64,000 nt of DNA from a virus, in the IMG/VR virus record IMGVR_UViG_3300046169_000120, positions 32,001-96,000 of that record, one strand, 5' to 3'. The notes under the pieces were generated by a model. That model did no database searches and was not told the DNA's origin. It was given only the letters and a program-made list of their open reading frames with translations. A program made the translations under genes and the position numbers. Positions 8,998 to 19,783 of the stretch are shown here, piece by piece (the stretch's first letter is position 1; each line of letters starts with the position of its first letter).

Positions 8998-10254
8998 TCA
9001 TTTACCCTCTTTATCTTTAATCATTCTTGACTCTAGTTCAAACTTTTTATCCCAATCTATAAATCCATTTTCATCCATCCAAGGAGGGCGCACTTCATTA
9101 CTTGTACCTGAAAAATAAAAAGATAATCCAACAATAGATATTACTACAAGAGCAATACCGAAACATATCCAAGCCAAATTCTTGATAAAAAAATTCTTTA
9201 TCTTAGGTTCAGGCTTTAGCCCAGGATCTGGCTTTGGTTGAGGCTTTGGCTGAGGCTTTGGCTGAGGCTTTGGCTGAGGCTTTGGTTGAGGCTTTGGCTG
9301 AGGCTTTGGCTGAGGCTTTGGCTGAGGCTTTGGTTGAGGCTTTGGCTCTGGTTCAGGATCTGGAGTATAAATTAACATTCCATCTGCATCAATAATACCA
9401 TGTCCCCACGAATAATCTTTTCCTTCTACACCTGCGTCGTCAGCATGCTCTTTTAACAAATCTCTAATTTCATCTACTGTATAACTATAACCTTCAGATT
9501 TTAATTTTGAAATAAGTAGAGCCACGACTCCAGCAACAAAAGGGCATGCCATAGATGTTCCGCTAAGGCGTGCATAACTTTTTTGTTTATATGTACTGTA
9601 TATATTTACTCCTGGAGCAGCGATCTCGACTTGTTTACCTCGAGATGAAAAAGAGGCAATAGCTTTATTTTTGTCAAAAGCAGCAACAGCAATACATTCT
9701 TCTAATGCAGCAGGATAATTTACCCCAGCAATACCAGAGTTTCCTGCTGCGCAGATAACTACAATATTTGAATCGTAAGCTTTTTTTACAGCCTCTTGTA
9801 TGCTCGAATTAAGTCTTGGACCTCCCAAAGACATGCTAATAATATCAACTTTTTTCTCTATACAATAGTTAATCGCAGATGCTATACCGGCAGAACTTCC
9901 TGAGCCAGAATTACTTAAACCTTTAACGCATAAACACTTAGAGTCAGGTGCTACACCAACCATTCCAGAGGAATTATTCTTTGCGGATATAATACCAACA
10001 CAATGTGTTTGATGGCCATGTTTATCCTCTGCAGATTCTCCTTCGATAAAGCTTGGTCCCTCAATTGCATTATCTCCAATGTCAGGATGATTTGGAAAAC
10101 CCGTATCTATCACACCTATAAGTACATTTTTACCTGTTGAAGTTTGCCATATTTTAGGGATATTTAATTGACTTAAACCCCAATCTGTTAATTGGGAAAA
10201 GGTTGAGTAAACTTTTTCAACCTTGATGGGGGGTAATTGAAATTCATCTTTCAT
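8998..10254 (-). CDS. Subtilisin-family (S8) protease with Pro-rich stalk and C-terminal transmembrane helix
   Basis: VIDTG, HGHQTHCVG, AAGN, SGTSMACP; (PQPK)9; hydrophobic helix AWICFGIALVVISIVGLSFYF. Confidence 0.9.
   Translation of the reverse strand: MKDEFQLPPIKVEKVYSTFSQLTDWGLSQLNIPKIWQTSTGKNVLIGVIDTGFPNHPDIGDNAIEGPSFIEGESAEDKHGHQTHCVGIISAKNNSSGMVGVAPDSKCLCVKGLSNSGSGSSAGIASAINYCIEKKVDIISMSLGGPRLNSSIQEAVKKAYDSNIVVICAAGNSGIAGVNYPAALEECIAVAAFDKNKAIASFSSRGKQVEIAAPGVNIYSTYKQKSYARLSGTSMACPFVAGVVALLISKLKSEGYSYTVDEIRDLLKEHADDAGVEGKDYSWGHGIIDADGMLIYTPDPEPEPKPQPKPQPKPQPKPQPKPQPKPQPKPQPKPQPKPQPKPDPGLKPEPKIKNFFIKNLAWICFGIALVVISIVGLSFYFSGTSNEVRPPWMDENGFIDWDKKFELESRMIKDKEGK
9233..9340. repeat. 12-bp tandem repeat x9 encoding PQPK
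   Basis: TTTGGYTGAGGC units; T variant at units 1, 5 and 9 gives a 48-bp higher-order period. Confidence 0.95.
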
Positions 10255-10270
10255 TACTATATTATAATTC

Positions 10271-12715
10271 TTATTGACAACTTTCGCAAGTCCCACCATT
10301 TTTCATAGCTTCGATACTGCAAGCAGTAGCCTCTGAAGGCTTGGTGGAGTCGGTGTTAGCCTTTTCAACTTTAGACGCCGCACGATTACGAAGGTAGTAT
10401 GTAGTCTTCAACCCGGCTTCCCAGCAATTCATATATACATCATTCAAATACTTTAATGAGGTAGATTTATTGTAAAGATTAAAACTTACTGCTTGATCAA
10501 TCCATTTTTGGCGAGCTGCATTACATTCAATAAGTTTAAACATATCGCGGTCAAATGCTGTTTTGTATTTTTCTTTTAATTCAGTTGGAATGTCGCCATT
10601 AAGCAAGGATAAATCGCCATCAACACTTTTCACAAGCTCAGCAATTTTACTGTTCCAAAGACCAGCAGCCTTCATATCATCAATAAAGTGTTGGTTTGTT
10701 ATAAAGAAGTTTCCGCTTTTATTTTCATACACAAAGAGAACCGAGAAATTTGGTTCAATACTTTGCTCGACACCATTGATATAACCAATTGTGGCAGTTG
10801 GAGCGATCGCCATAACATTACTATTCCGCATTCCATGCTCGGCAACGTGGCTACGAAGCTCTTTCCATTCAGATGTAAGGGTTTCACCTCCTCCGACACT
10901 AGAAGCCTTTCTGTATTCTGTGAGAACGTTATACGAATCTATTGGAAAAATATTTTGGCTCCATAGTGATCCTTGGTATGTTTCATATGAACCTTTTTCT
11001 TTTGCAAGGTTCGAGCTTGCAGAAATAGCGTTGTACGAATAAAACTCAAACAAATGATCATTAAATTTCACAGCCTCATCACTGTCTATATTGATGTTCA
11101 TTTTGTGCAACACATCATGCAATGCCATCATACCCAATCCAATAGGACGATTTCTTAAATTGCTATTGCTTGCTTCTTTCGTAGGATAAAAATTAAGATC
11201 AACAACACTATCCAATGCTCGTATAGCAACATGTATTGTATTTTTTAATTTATCATAATCTAAAGTATTGTCATCTTTTAAATGATTGAGTAGATTGACT
11301 GATCCAAGATTACAAACCGCAGTTTCACCAATTTTTGTTTTTTCGCCTTTATCATATTCAGACGCTTTGGTGTGAAGTGTGATTTCAGTGCAAAGATTAC
11401 TGCTGTGCACAATACCTTCGTGTTGATTAGTATAACGAATATTGCATGGATCTTTGAATGTGCACCATGGATGGGATGTTTCAAACAACACCTTTAGCAT
11501 TTTCTTCCACAATTCTTTTGCAGGAACTACTCGATAGTTTTTAATGATACCTTCTTCTGCTTGATTACATAGTTTATTATAACGAGCGTCAAAATCTTCA
11601 GCGAAACAATCGTGCAAAGTTTTCCCATCTTCTCCAACTGTGTCTCGAGGATCAAAATAATACCAAGCATCTTCATTTTGAACTCGGCGCATAAATTCAT
11701 CAGGAATCCAAGATGCTGTATTCATATCGTGACAGCGTAGACGATCATCGCCTGTATTCCTACGAAGATTAAGAAAGTCTTCAAAATCTAAATGCCAAGG
11801 TTCAAGATATGCACATCCAGCACCTGGACGCTTGCCACCTTGATTTACAGCAACCAAAAGATCGTTGTAAATCTTCAACCATGGAACTAATCCGCTAGAG
11901 ATACCGTTTGTTCCCTTGATGTGAGAACCTGTAGAACGAAATGGAGTAACGTCTAATCCAAGACCGCCTGCATACTTGCTTTTTCGCGCTTCTTGCCAAG
12001 CGCCATCAAAAATACCGTCAATACTATCATCAAATGTATTAAGGTAACAACTACTCAACTGAGATCTAGCAGTTCCACTATTAAAAAGAGTTGGAGTAGA
12101 AGAAGTATACAAAAATTGACTAAAAAGATCATAATACTTAATCGCCCACTCTTCTTTATTCTCTTCGTTTAGAGCAAGTCCCATGGCAACCCTCATCCAA
12201 AAACTTTGTGGAGCTTCCATGATTTTGTCGTCTTCACGAATAAAATAACGATCTGTGAGAATTTGAATACCAAGATACTTAAAAGAGTTGTCTCGACGAA
12301 TTCGAAGCGCTTCAGATAATTGAGTTAAATCATACTCAAGCATGCGCTCGTTCAGTTTTCCACTTTTAACCAACTTCTTGATTCCTTGAATAAAACTCTT
12401 GCGATATTGCAATCGAAAAGCGTCGCTGTCAACACCTTCCTTAAATACTTCTTTATATACTGTGTTGAGTAGAAGTCGAGCTGCGGCATAACTATAATTA
12501 GGCTCTTTCTCTATCTTTTCTCGTGCGCTTAATATAAGTGACGTGTCGATTTCTTTGGTTGTAATTTTATCGTACAGCTGAAGTTGTGCATCTAATACAA
12601 TCTCACTGACCGAAACATCAGACACTCCTTCGCACGCACGCTCTACATTAGCATTAATCTTCTCGACAATAAAATCCTGAAGACGACCATTTCTTTTTTT
12701 TACTTTTATATCCAT
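10271..12715 (-). CDS. nrdA: Ribonucleotide reductase alpha subunit with ATP cone
   Basis: VKKRNG ATP cone, TPTLFNSG..QLSSCY, SNLCTEI, CNLGSVNL, IAPTAT, KTTYYLR, C-terminal CESCQ. Confidence 0.97.
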   Translation of the reverse strand: MDIKVKKRNGRLQDFIVEKINANVERACEGVSDVSVSEIVLDAQLQLYDKITTKEIDTSLILSAREKIEKEPNYSYAAARLLLNTVYKEVFKEGVDSDAFRLQYRKSFIQGIKKLVKSGKLNERMLEYDLTQLSEALRIRRDNSFKYLGIQILTDRYFIREDDKIMEAPQSFWMRVAMGLALNEENKEEWAIKYYDLFSQFLYTSSTPTLFNSGTARSQLSSCYLNTFDDSIDGIFDGAWQEARKSKYAGGLGLDVTPFRSTGSHIKGTNGISSGLVPWLKIYNDLLVAVNQGGKRPGAGCAYLEPWHLDFEDFLNLRRNTGDDRLRCHDMNTASWIPDEFMRRVQNEDAWYYFDPRDTVGEDGKTLHDCFAEDFDARYNKLCNQAEEGIIKNYRVVPAKELWKKMLKVLFETSHPWCTFKDPCNIRYTNQHEGIVHSSNLCTEITLHTKASEYDKGEKTKIGETAVCNLGSVNLLNHLKDDNTLDYDKLKNTIHVAIRALDSVVDLNFYPTKEASNSNLRNRPIGLGMMALHDVLHKMNINIDSDEAVKFNDHLFEFYSYNAISASSNLAKEKGSYETYQGSLWSQNIFPIDSYNVLTEYRKASSVGGGETLTSEWKELRSHVAEHGMRNSNVMAIAPTATIGYINGVEQSIEPNFSVLFVYENKSGNFFITNQHFIDDMKAAGLWNSKIAELVKSVDGDLSLLNGDIPTELKEKYKTAFDRDMFKLIECNAARQKWIDQAVSFNLYNKSTSLKYLNDVYMNCWEAGLKTTYYLRNRAASKVEKANTDSTKPSEATACSIEAMKNGGTCESCQ

Positions 12716-12727
12716 ATTATGTTTTAA

Positions 12728-12819
12728 ATAGTAACATTTAGTTGGGGTTATGTCAATTGAAATTATCTGTATGTTTATAACTTTTCAAGCTTGACAATAT
12801 CATTGCGTTTTGATAAAAT
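12728..12819. promoter_or_regulatory. Divergent sigma70-type promoters for nrdA and the polymerase cluster
   Basis: TTGACA-N17-TAAAAT (+, 12791-12819) and TTGACA-N17-TACTAT (-). Confidence 0.7.
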
Positions 12820-12826
12820 AGTTGGC

Positions 12827-13591
12827 ATGTTACCTTTATTTAAAAGCCACTATTCAATCGGCAAGAGTATATTAACTCTGGATGATCCAATTACACATAA
12901 AGAAGGCGGATCAGACAGTGTTTTTAGTATTGCTGTAGAAAATAAATTAAAACAAGTGATCCTCGTTGAGGATTCTTTAACAGGATTTCTTCAAGCCAAA
13001 AAAAATGCGGATAATTTAAAATTAAAACTTATCTTTGGATTGCGCATTGATATGAGAGAGAATGCAAGTGTCGACCCAAAAGAAGAATCTGTAAAGAGTT
13101 CGCACAAAATTATATTGTTTGCACGAGACGCCGAAGGATGCAAATTACTAAATACAATATATAGTGAAGCATTCACCAAACATTACAACTGCGTGGATCA
13201 AAAAGTGCTAAAGAAACATTGGAACGATAAACATCTCATTCTAGCAATACCTTTTTATGATAGTTTTATTTATAACAATCTTATGAAGTTCGCAAACTGC
13301 ACACCAAGTTTTGACTTCACCAAGCCAACATTCTTTATCGAGCAAAACGGCTTACCTTTCGACAATTTCCTAGAACAAAAAGTAAAAAACTACGCCTCTA
13401 AAGACAACAATAAAGTGGAATATACAAAAAGTATATACTATAAAAATAAATCAGACGTAACTGCCCTACAAACATATAAATGTATTACTGGTAGAACATT
13501 TGGAAACAAAACATTAAGTAAACCAAACTTAGATCACTTCGGCAGCAATGAATTTTGCTTCGAAAGCTGGAAGGAGAATAATGAAAGATAA
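12827..13591 (+). CDS. Stand-alone PHP domain of DNA polymerase III alpha (probably catalytically degenerate)
   Basis: FKSHYSIGKSIL, LVEDSLTGF, KLIFGL and HKIILFARD.EG.KLL follow the DnaE N-terminal pattern, but His ligands are missing. Confidence 0.8.
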   Translation: MLPLFKSHYSIGKSILTLDDPITHKEGGSDSVFSIAVENKLKQVILVEDSLTGFLQAKKNADNLKLKLIFGLRIDMRENASVDPKEESVKSSHKIILFARDAEGCKLLNTIYSEAFTKHYNCVDQKVLKKHWNDKHLILAIPFYDSFIYNNLMKFANCTPSFDFTKPTFFIEQNGLPFDNFLEQKVKNYASKDNNKVEYTKSIYYKNKSDVTALQTYKCITGRTFGNKTLSKPNLDHFGSNEFCFESWKENNER

Positions 13592-14087
13592 ACTATTACC
13601 ACTTACGAAAATTTTCGTAGGAAAATCTTCCTGCAAGGGAAGGGGTGTCTTTGCCGCTCAAGACCTTGAGCAAGAAGAATTAATTGAAGAATCGCATTTC
13701 ATAATTTCTGGTTGCGCAAGTGACCTTCAAGATGAGCAGCTGAAGAGATATGTATTTTCTTTATTTTATAATGAAAAATTCAGTGCAGAAGAAAATGAAC
13801 GATTAAATTTTCAATCGCTTTTTAAGCTAAGAATTGATGACCAAGATATTCAAAATTCTTTCTTTCAAGAATTGAAAGATCTTGGATATGATGACTCTTC
13901 AAAAATTTTCTCAACAGCAGCAGTACTAGGTTATGGTATGATATACAATCACTCATTAAACCCTAATATAGAATGGGATATAGATTATAATGATTTTGTG
14001 TTTAAATATAAAACTAACCAAAAAATTTCCAAGGGACAAGAACTTTTTATAAATTATGGCAACCCAGAAAGAAAAGATTTAAAATGA
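13581..14087 (+). CDS. SET-domain protein-lysine methyltransferase
   Basis: GRGVFA, YNHS.NPN, GQELFINYG; AAGGAG SD before ATG 13581. Confidence 0.88.
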   Translation: MKDKLLPLTKIFVGKSSCKGRGVFAAQDLEQEELIEESHFIISGCASDLQDEQLKRYVFSLFYNEKFSAEENERLNFQSLFKLRIDDQDIQNSFFQELKDLGYDDSSKIFSTAAVLGYGMIYNHSLNPNIEWDIDYNDFVFKYKTNQKISKGQELFINYGNPERKDLK

Positions 14088-14728
14088 AAGAATCACTACT
14101 TAGATTTCAAAAGAACAAAAATTATCTTGTTTTTGATTACGAAACCTGTAATCTCAACTTAACTGCAAACAATAAGCCTTGGCAATTAGCATTTCTTGTG
14201 ATAAAGAATAATAAAATTGTAGAATCTAAAGATTATTGGCTCAAATGGGACGAGCTTCATGTGTCCCCAGAGGCTGCAAAAATTACAGGATTTACAGAAG
14301 CGAAGTATAAAAAGAAAGCAACCTGCCCAAAAGCTGCACTTGATCATTTAGAGAAGTATTTGTATGACGACTCTTATCTTAAGGTTGGACACAATCTACT
14401 AGGCTTTGATGTTTACATGCACAATCTACATCGTAAACTTGTTGACTCAAAGGCTCAAGCTGATTATAGTTACACAGAGCACCTTGTTGACACCTTGTGT
14501 TTGGCGAAAGCACTCAAGAAGCGAATCAAGTTAGATAAAGATGACGACTTTCTTGCTTGGCAATATCGACTCAACCACTTGATCGAAAGAGGTTTGAGTT
14601 GTAATTTAAAACAATGCTGCAAAGATTTCGACATCGACTTTGATGAAAAAAAGTTGCATGACGCTTTGTATGACATTACTGTTAATTTTGAAGTATTTAA
14701 AAAAATGATCTGGGAAATAGAAGTATGA
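14084..14728 (+). CDS. DEDDh 3'-5' exonuclease (DnaQ/epsilon-like)
   Basis: VFDYET, VGHN..GFD, DTL, HDALYD. Confidence 0.92.
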   Translation: MKESLLRFQKNKNYLVFDYETCNLNLTANNKPWQLAFLVIKNNKIVESKDYWLKWDELHVSPEAAKITGFTEAKYKKKATCPKAALDHLEKYLYDDSYLKVGHNLLGFDVYMHNLHRKLVDSKAQADYSYTEHLVDTLCLAKALKKRIKLDKDDDFLAWQYRLNHLIERGLSCNLKQCCKDFDIDFDEKKLHDALYDITVNFEVFKKMIWEIEV

Positions 14729-17286
14729 GCGAATTCACAAAACAATTTACAAGTTATGAAGATTGCATTCCTCCAGGAGTGCGTCTTCCAAATATTAAAA
14801 TCGAAGAGAAGTATTATAAAATGCTGGAAACATCTCCAGACATATCCAACTTTGACTTTCTTCGTAAACTATGTCATAAAGGCGTATACGATCGCGGAAT
14901 CGATAAGTTTGATAATAAAAAAGAATACTTTGATCGTGCAAAATCAGAATTAAAAATATTAGATGAACTAGGATTTATTGATTATATATTATTAAATTGG
15001 GATATACTTAATTTTTGTCATGAGAATGATATTCCAACTGGCCCAGGCAGAGGAAGTGCAGCGGGCTCACTTGTACTGTATTTGATTGGAGTAACAAATG
15101 TTGATCCTGTAGAATATAATTTGTTTTTTGAGCGATTTGTTTCGAAAAGTCGTGCTCGCAAAACCGAAAAAGATGGAGTCACTTATCTTGACGGAAGCTT
15201 GTTGGCAGATGTAGATAACGACATCGCTTATGAGCGTCGTGCCGAAGTTATAGATTATATCGAGCGCAAACATCCTGCTCGTACCGCAAAGATTCTTACA
15301 CTGAATACTCTTAGTGGCAAATTATGTGTCAAAGAATGTGGTAAAATTGTTGGTGAATTCACCGAGCAGCAAGTTAATGAAGTGAGTGATACTATTCCAA
15401 AACGTTTTGGAGTTGTTGTGCCCCTTCAGACTGCTATTGAAGAGAGTGAAAAATTTACCGATTGGGCGGCGCAGAATGGAGAAGTATTTAATATCGCCCT
15501 AAAGCTTGAAGGCTTAAACAAAAACACGGGTGTCCACCCAAGTGGTATTGCCATTTCGTTTGACACAATGACTGATATCTGCCCTGTGCAAACATCAAAT
15601 GATGGTGCATTAGTCACAGGTTATGATATGAATTGGGTGTCTGAACTGATGGTCAAGTTTGATATTCTTGGATTGCGCACGTTAAGCGTGATTTATGATG
15701 TATGCAAGAGTCTTGGAATTGATTGTAATGAAATTGATCTTCACAATGCAGAAATATTCAAACCATTACAGGGCCTACGAGCGCCCCATGGCTTGTTTCA
15801 GTTAGAATCTGATACAAACTATCGTGTCTGCAAGAAAGTTAAACCACAGAGCCTTGAGCAGCTTAGCGCGGTTATAGCTATTGGTCGCCCAGGAGCTCTT
15901 GAGTTCTTAGGGGACTATGCGACTTATATCGAAACAAATGAAGCTCAAGTGATTCATGAATTTTTTACAGACGTTTTAGATTATACAGGAGGAATTCCGC
16001 TTTACCAAGAGCAACTTATGCAAATGGCGGTTAAAGTTGGATTTACTCTTGATGAATCAGAACAACTTCGTCGTATAGTAGGAAAGAAAAAGATTGACCA
16101 AATGCCTGCGTGGAAAGCCAAGATTGAAGAGAAAGTAAGACAGAAAGGATTGAGTCCAGATGTTGGAACAATACTTTGGAGCGTTGCAGAGGATAGTGCA
16201 AACTATTCATTCAACAAATCACACTCTTTAAGTTATTCAGTTCTTTCTGCATGGACTACATATCTTAAATTTAATCATCCACAACAATTCTTTCTTTCGT
16301 TATTAAAAATGACAAAGTATGAACCTGCGCCACAGGAAGAAATATCTAAAGTTAGTAAAGAATTATCTCATTTTGGTATAAAATTACTATCTCCAGACTT
16401 GGCCAAATCTGGCATGGACTTCTCCATTGAGGGTAAGGATATTCGCTTTGGTTTGAATAGTATAAAAGGCGTTAGTGAAAAATCTTTGCAGTCATTGCGT
16501 GATTTTCGTTCGAGTGAAACGCCAACTAAATATGATATTTTTCTTGCTGCAAAGCAAGCGGGATTGAATATTGGTATCTTGAGCGCGTTAATTCAGGCTG
16601 GAGCACTAGAAAGTAAAGGGTCTAACAGGTCACTTATGGTTCTTGAAGCTCAAGCATTCAATCAATTAACCGACCGCGAAAAACGAAACTTTATACTTCT
16701 CGGCGATAAATATGAATATAAATTATTAAATTGTATTGCAGATGCAAAAAAAGGTGATCTTGTGGGAGATGATGGTAAACCATTAATGAAAGAATCAAGG
16801 TTCAAAACATTCAAAAGAAAATATGATGTATATAAATCAATTTATGATAAAAATAAACAATATGAAACATTTGCAAATTGGTATTTTGAAACAGAACTTC
16901 TTGGATACAGTCACAGCTCTAATCTCAAAACATGTTTTACAGACAGTTACAATTCATTAAAAGATTCTCGCGATCTGCAACTCATGGATGCAGATGACAA
17001 GGGAAAGTTTATTGGTGTGGTGGAAGATTGTATCAAAAGAACCTCACGAAATGGCAACAAATATATGAAATTAAGTATCGCAGACGAGTATGGAAGATAT
17101 GACGCAATGTTATTAAATTCTCGCCGAGGAAAATTTTATGACAGATATTTTGACTCTGACAAGAAAACTCCTGTAAAAAAGAGTATAATAGTAGCATATG
17201 GACGCAAAGGTGAAGATATTGTTTTTCTCGATTCATTAAATATAATGGATGAAAAAATCTACATGAAAATGTCAGACGTTAAGTAA
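14725..17286 (+). CDS. dnaE: DNA polymerase III alpha catalytic part (no PHP domain)
   Basis: GRGSAAGSLVLY, ADVDND, GVHPSG, KFDILGL, YQEQ, YSFNKSHS, IRFGLNSIKGV, C-terminal OB fold. Confidence 0.95.
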   Translation: MSEFTKQFTSYEDCIPPGVRLPNIKIEEKYYKMLETSPDISNFDFLRKLCHKGVYDRGIDKFDNKKEYFDRAKSELKILDELGFIDYILLNWDILNFCHENDIPTGPGRGSAAGSLVLYLIGVTNVDPVEYNLFFERFVSKSRARKTEKDGVTYLDGSLLADVDNDIAYERRAEVIDYIERKHPARTAKILTLNTLSGKLCVKECGKIVGEFTEQQVNEVSDTIPKRFGVVVPLQTAIEESEKFTDWAAQNGEVFNIALKLEGLNKNTGVHPSGIAISFDTMTDICPVQTSNDGALVTGYDMNWVSELMVKFDILGLRTLSVIYDVCKSLGIDCNEIDLHNAEIFKPLQGLRAPHGLFQLESDTNYRVCKKVKPQSLEQLSAVIAIGRPGALEFLGDYATYIETNEAQVIHEFFTDVLDYTGGIPLYQEQLMQMAVKVGFTLDESEQLRRIVGKKKIDQMPAWKAKIEEKVRQKGLSPDVGTILWSVAEDSANYSFNKSHSLSYSVLSAWTTYLKFNHPQQFFLSLLKMTKYEPAPQEEISKVSKELSHFGIKLLSPDLAKSGMDFSIEGKDIRFGLNSIKGVSEKSLQSLRDFRSSETPTKYDIFLAAKQAGLNIGILSALIQAGALESKGSNRSLMVLEAQAFNQLTDREKRNFILLGDKYEYKLLNCIADAKKGDLVGDDGKPLMKESRFKTFKRKYDVYKSIYDKNKQYETFANWYFETELLGYSHSSNLKTCFTDSYNSLKDSRDLQLMDADDKGKFIGVVEDCIKRTSRNGNKYMKLSIADEYGRYDAMLLNSRRGKFYDRYFDSDKKTPVKKSIIVAYGRKGEDIVFLDSLNIMDEKIYMKMSDVK

Positions 17287-17302
17287 TTTAGCGTGTAAAT
17301 CA

Positions 17303-19783
17303 ATGAAGATGACTCCAAAACCAAACTTTACGCCGCGTGCGCAACAAGCGATCAGTGAAGCAAAAAGAGTAGCCACTAAATTCGGAAATGAATTTATTAG
17401 CCTAGAGCATTTGTTTTACGGAATGGTCAATTTGAATGCAGGAATTTTGAGCGAAATATTATTTTTATTACAGATCGATCAGGATCTTCTCAAGGAAGAG
17501 ATCGAGAAAACATTTTATATTGTAGAAAGCGACAGTACTCAAGCTTTTATACCCGAAGATTTTCATGCAGAATATGATGAACATTTTCATCTTGTATTGA
17601 AAGTTGCAGCGAGTATTAGTGACAAACTCGGGCATGAATATGTTGGTGTAGAACACATGTTGCTAGCTTTATTAAAGTATGAACACTCTAGTATTCCCAG
17701 CTTTTTTGATCACTTTCATGCAAGTGAAGATGATATCATTGCAGAAGTACGAGAATATTTACATATATCAAAAGAACAAACCCCACCCAAACAAGATCGC
17801 ATAAAATTCATCAAAAAGAATGCGCAAACAGTAAAAGAATCAAAACAACCAAACCTCGAAAAATTTGCCACCAATTTAAATGAAGCTGCAAAACAAGGAA
17901 AATTTGATAATATCATTGGTAAAGAAAGTGAAATATATGATGTGTCAGAAATTCTTTGTCGCAGAACGAAGAATAACCCCGTATTACTTGGAGAGCCTGG
18001 AGTTGGTAAAACAGCTATCGTTGAAGGTTTAGCTCAAAACATTGTAAAAGGTACATGCTCAGACTTTCTACTCAACAAAGTTATATACTCTTTAGACTTA
18101 GGATCCTTGATTGCTGGCACAAAATATCGTGGTCAATTTGAAGAAAGATTAAAAGGAATAATCGAAGAAGCAAAAAAGAATAAAGATATCATATTGTTTG
18201 TAGATGAAATACACACTTTAGTGGGAGCAGGAAGTGCTGAAGGCAGCATGGACGCAGCAAACCTTTTAAAGCCTCTTTTGGCTCGTGGAGAACTGAAATG
18301 TATAGGAGCTACAACTCAATCCGAGTACAAAAAAACAATCCTGAAAGATGGAGCATTGGATCGTCGTTTTCAATCAGTAAAAGTTATCGAGCCAAACAAA
18401 GAAGAGACGCGACAAATTCTTGAAGGAGTTAAAGATAAATACGAAAGCTTTCATAGCATACATTATCCAGAAGAAACACTAGATTTGATTGTTGATCTGT
18501 CTGCAAAATATATATTAGATAAGCAGTTTCCAGATAAAGCTATAGATATTCTCGATCAAGTAGGATCAAAAGTAAAAATTAAAAATATCGAACGCCCGCA
18601 AAAAGCAAAAGATATAGAGCAACAATTAGAACTGCTAGCAGTTCAAGAAGCTAACTTGCAGTCTATAGGTCAGTCTTACGATGAAACCGAAGATCAGCAA
18701 TTAGATTTGCTTGAGCAGTATGACAAAATCATAACTGAATGGGCAAATAAAACAATGAAAAAACGCATTGCAGTTAAACCCAAGGACATATTCGAAGTTT
18801 TGAGTTCTCGCACAGGAGTTCCTGTTCAAGACATGAGCAAGAAAGATAGTGAAAAAATGCTTGGGCTACTTAAAAACCTTAATCGTAGAGTTGTTGGTCA
18901 AAAGCAAGCTTTGCAAGAAATCTCAGAATCTATACTTCGTTCGAAATCTGGCTTACAGGATCCTAATAAACCTGTAGGAAGCTTCCTTCTTGTTGGCGCA
19001 AGTGGAACAGGTAAAACTCATACCGCAAAATGTATTGCAGAATTTATTTATGGTAGCAAAAGCACATTAATTCAAATAGACATGAGTGAATACAGCGAAA
19101 AGATTGCTGCTACAAGATTGATTGGTGCTGCTCCAGGTTACGTAGGATACGAAGAAGGCGGAGAGTTAACTGAAAAAGTTCGCCGCAATCCATACAGCGT
19201 TGTTTTGTTTGACGAAGTCGAAAAAGCTCATCCAGAAGTGCTCAATATTCTTCTTCAAATTATGGAAGAGGGAGTTGTGACCGATAACAGTGGAAGAAAA
19301 ATACATTTTAATAATTGCATAATCATATTAACTGGAAACATAGGCAGCGAGAAAGCTGCCAAGCCAAACATTGGCTTCGGTCAGAGTGATAGCGAATCAG
19401 TAGCAAAAGACAAACTTTTCACAGAGTTGAAAACATTCTTTCGTCCAGAATTCCTTAATCGCTTGAATGAAGTAATATTATTCAATGACTTTGATATCAA
19501 AGAGCTAGCTAAAATAGTGAAGCTTGAAGCGTCTAAAGTGGCAGATAAATTAATAGATAAAAACATAAAAATGTCTATCACACCAAGCGTATCAAAATAT
19601 ATTGCAGAGCAAGCTGCTAAAGAAAAAATGGGAGCTCGTCCAATAAGAAGAATAATACAAAAATTAATTGAAAATCAATTGAGCACATTACTTCTAAGCA
19701 AAAAATTGCCTGAAAATTCAACAATCAAGTTCTCTCTAATCAAAGGAGAACTAGAATACAAAATTACGGAAGAAGAGGTTTGA
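17303..19783 (+). CDS. clpC: ClpC-like AAA+ unfoldase
   Basis: Clp-N repeats, [19 protein letters not shown], second Walker [21 protein letters not shown] loop. Confidence 0.92.
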   Translation: MKMTPKPNFTPRAQQAISEAKRVATKFGNEFISLEHLFYGMVNLNAGILSEILFLLQIDQDLLKEEIEKTFYIVESDSTQAFIPEDFHAEYDEHFHLVLKVAASISDKLGHEYVGVEHMLLALLKYEHSSIPSFFDHFHASEDDIIAEVREYLHISKEQTPPKQDRIKFIKKNAQTVKESKQPNLEKFATNLNEAAKQGKFDNIIGKESEIYDVSEILCRRTKNNPVLLGEPGVGKTAIVEGLAQNIVKGTCSDFLLNKVIYSLDLGSLIAGTKYRGQFEERLKGIIEEAKKNKDIILFVDEIHTLVGAGSAEGSMDAANLLKPLLARGELKCIGATTQSEYKKTILKDGALDRRFQSVKVIEPNKEETRQILEGVKDKYESFHSIHYPEETLDLIVDLSAKYILDKQFPDKAIDILDQVGSKVKIKNIERPQKAKDIEQQLELLAVQEANLQSIGQSYDETEDQQLDLLEQYDKIITEWANKTMKKRIAVKPKDIFEVLSSRTGVPVQDMSKKDSEKMLGLLKNLNRRVVGQKQALQEISESILRSKSGLQDPNKPVGSFLLVGASGTGKTHTAKCIAEFIYGSKSTLIQIDMSEYSEKIAATRLIGAAPGYVGYEEGGELTEKVRRNPYSVVLFDEVEKAHPEVLNILLQIMEEGVVTDNSGRKIHFNNCIIILTGNIGSEKAAKPNIGFGQSDSESVAKDKLFTELKTFFRPEFLNRLNEVILFNDFDIKELAKIVKLEASKVADKLIDKNIKMSITPSVSKYIAEQAAKEKMGARPIRRIIQKLIENQLSTLLLSKKLPENSTIKFSLIKGELEYKITEEEV

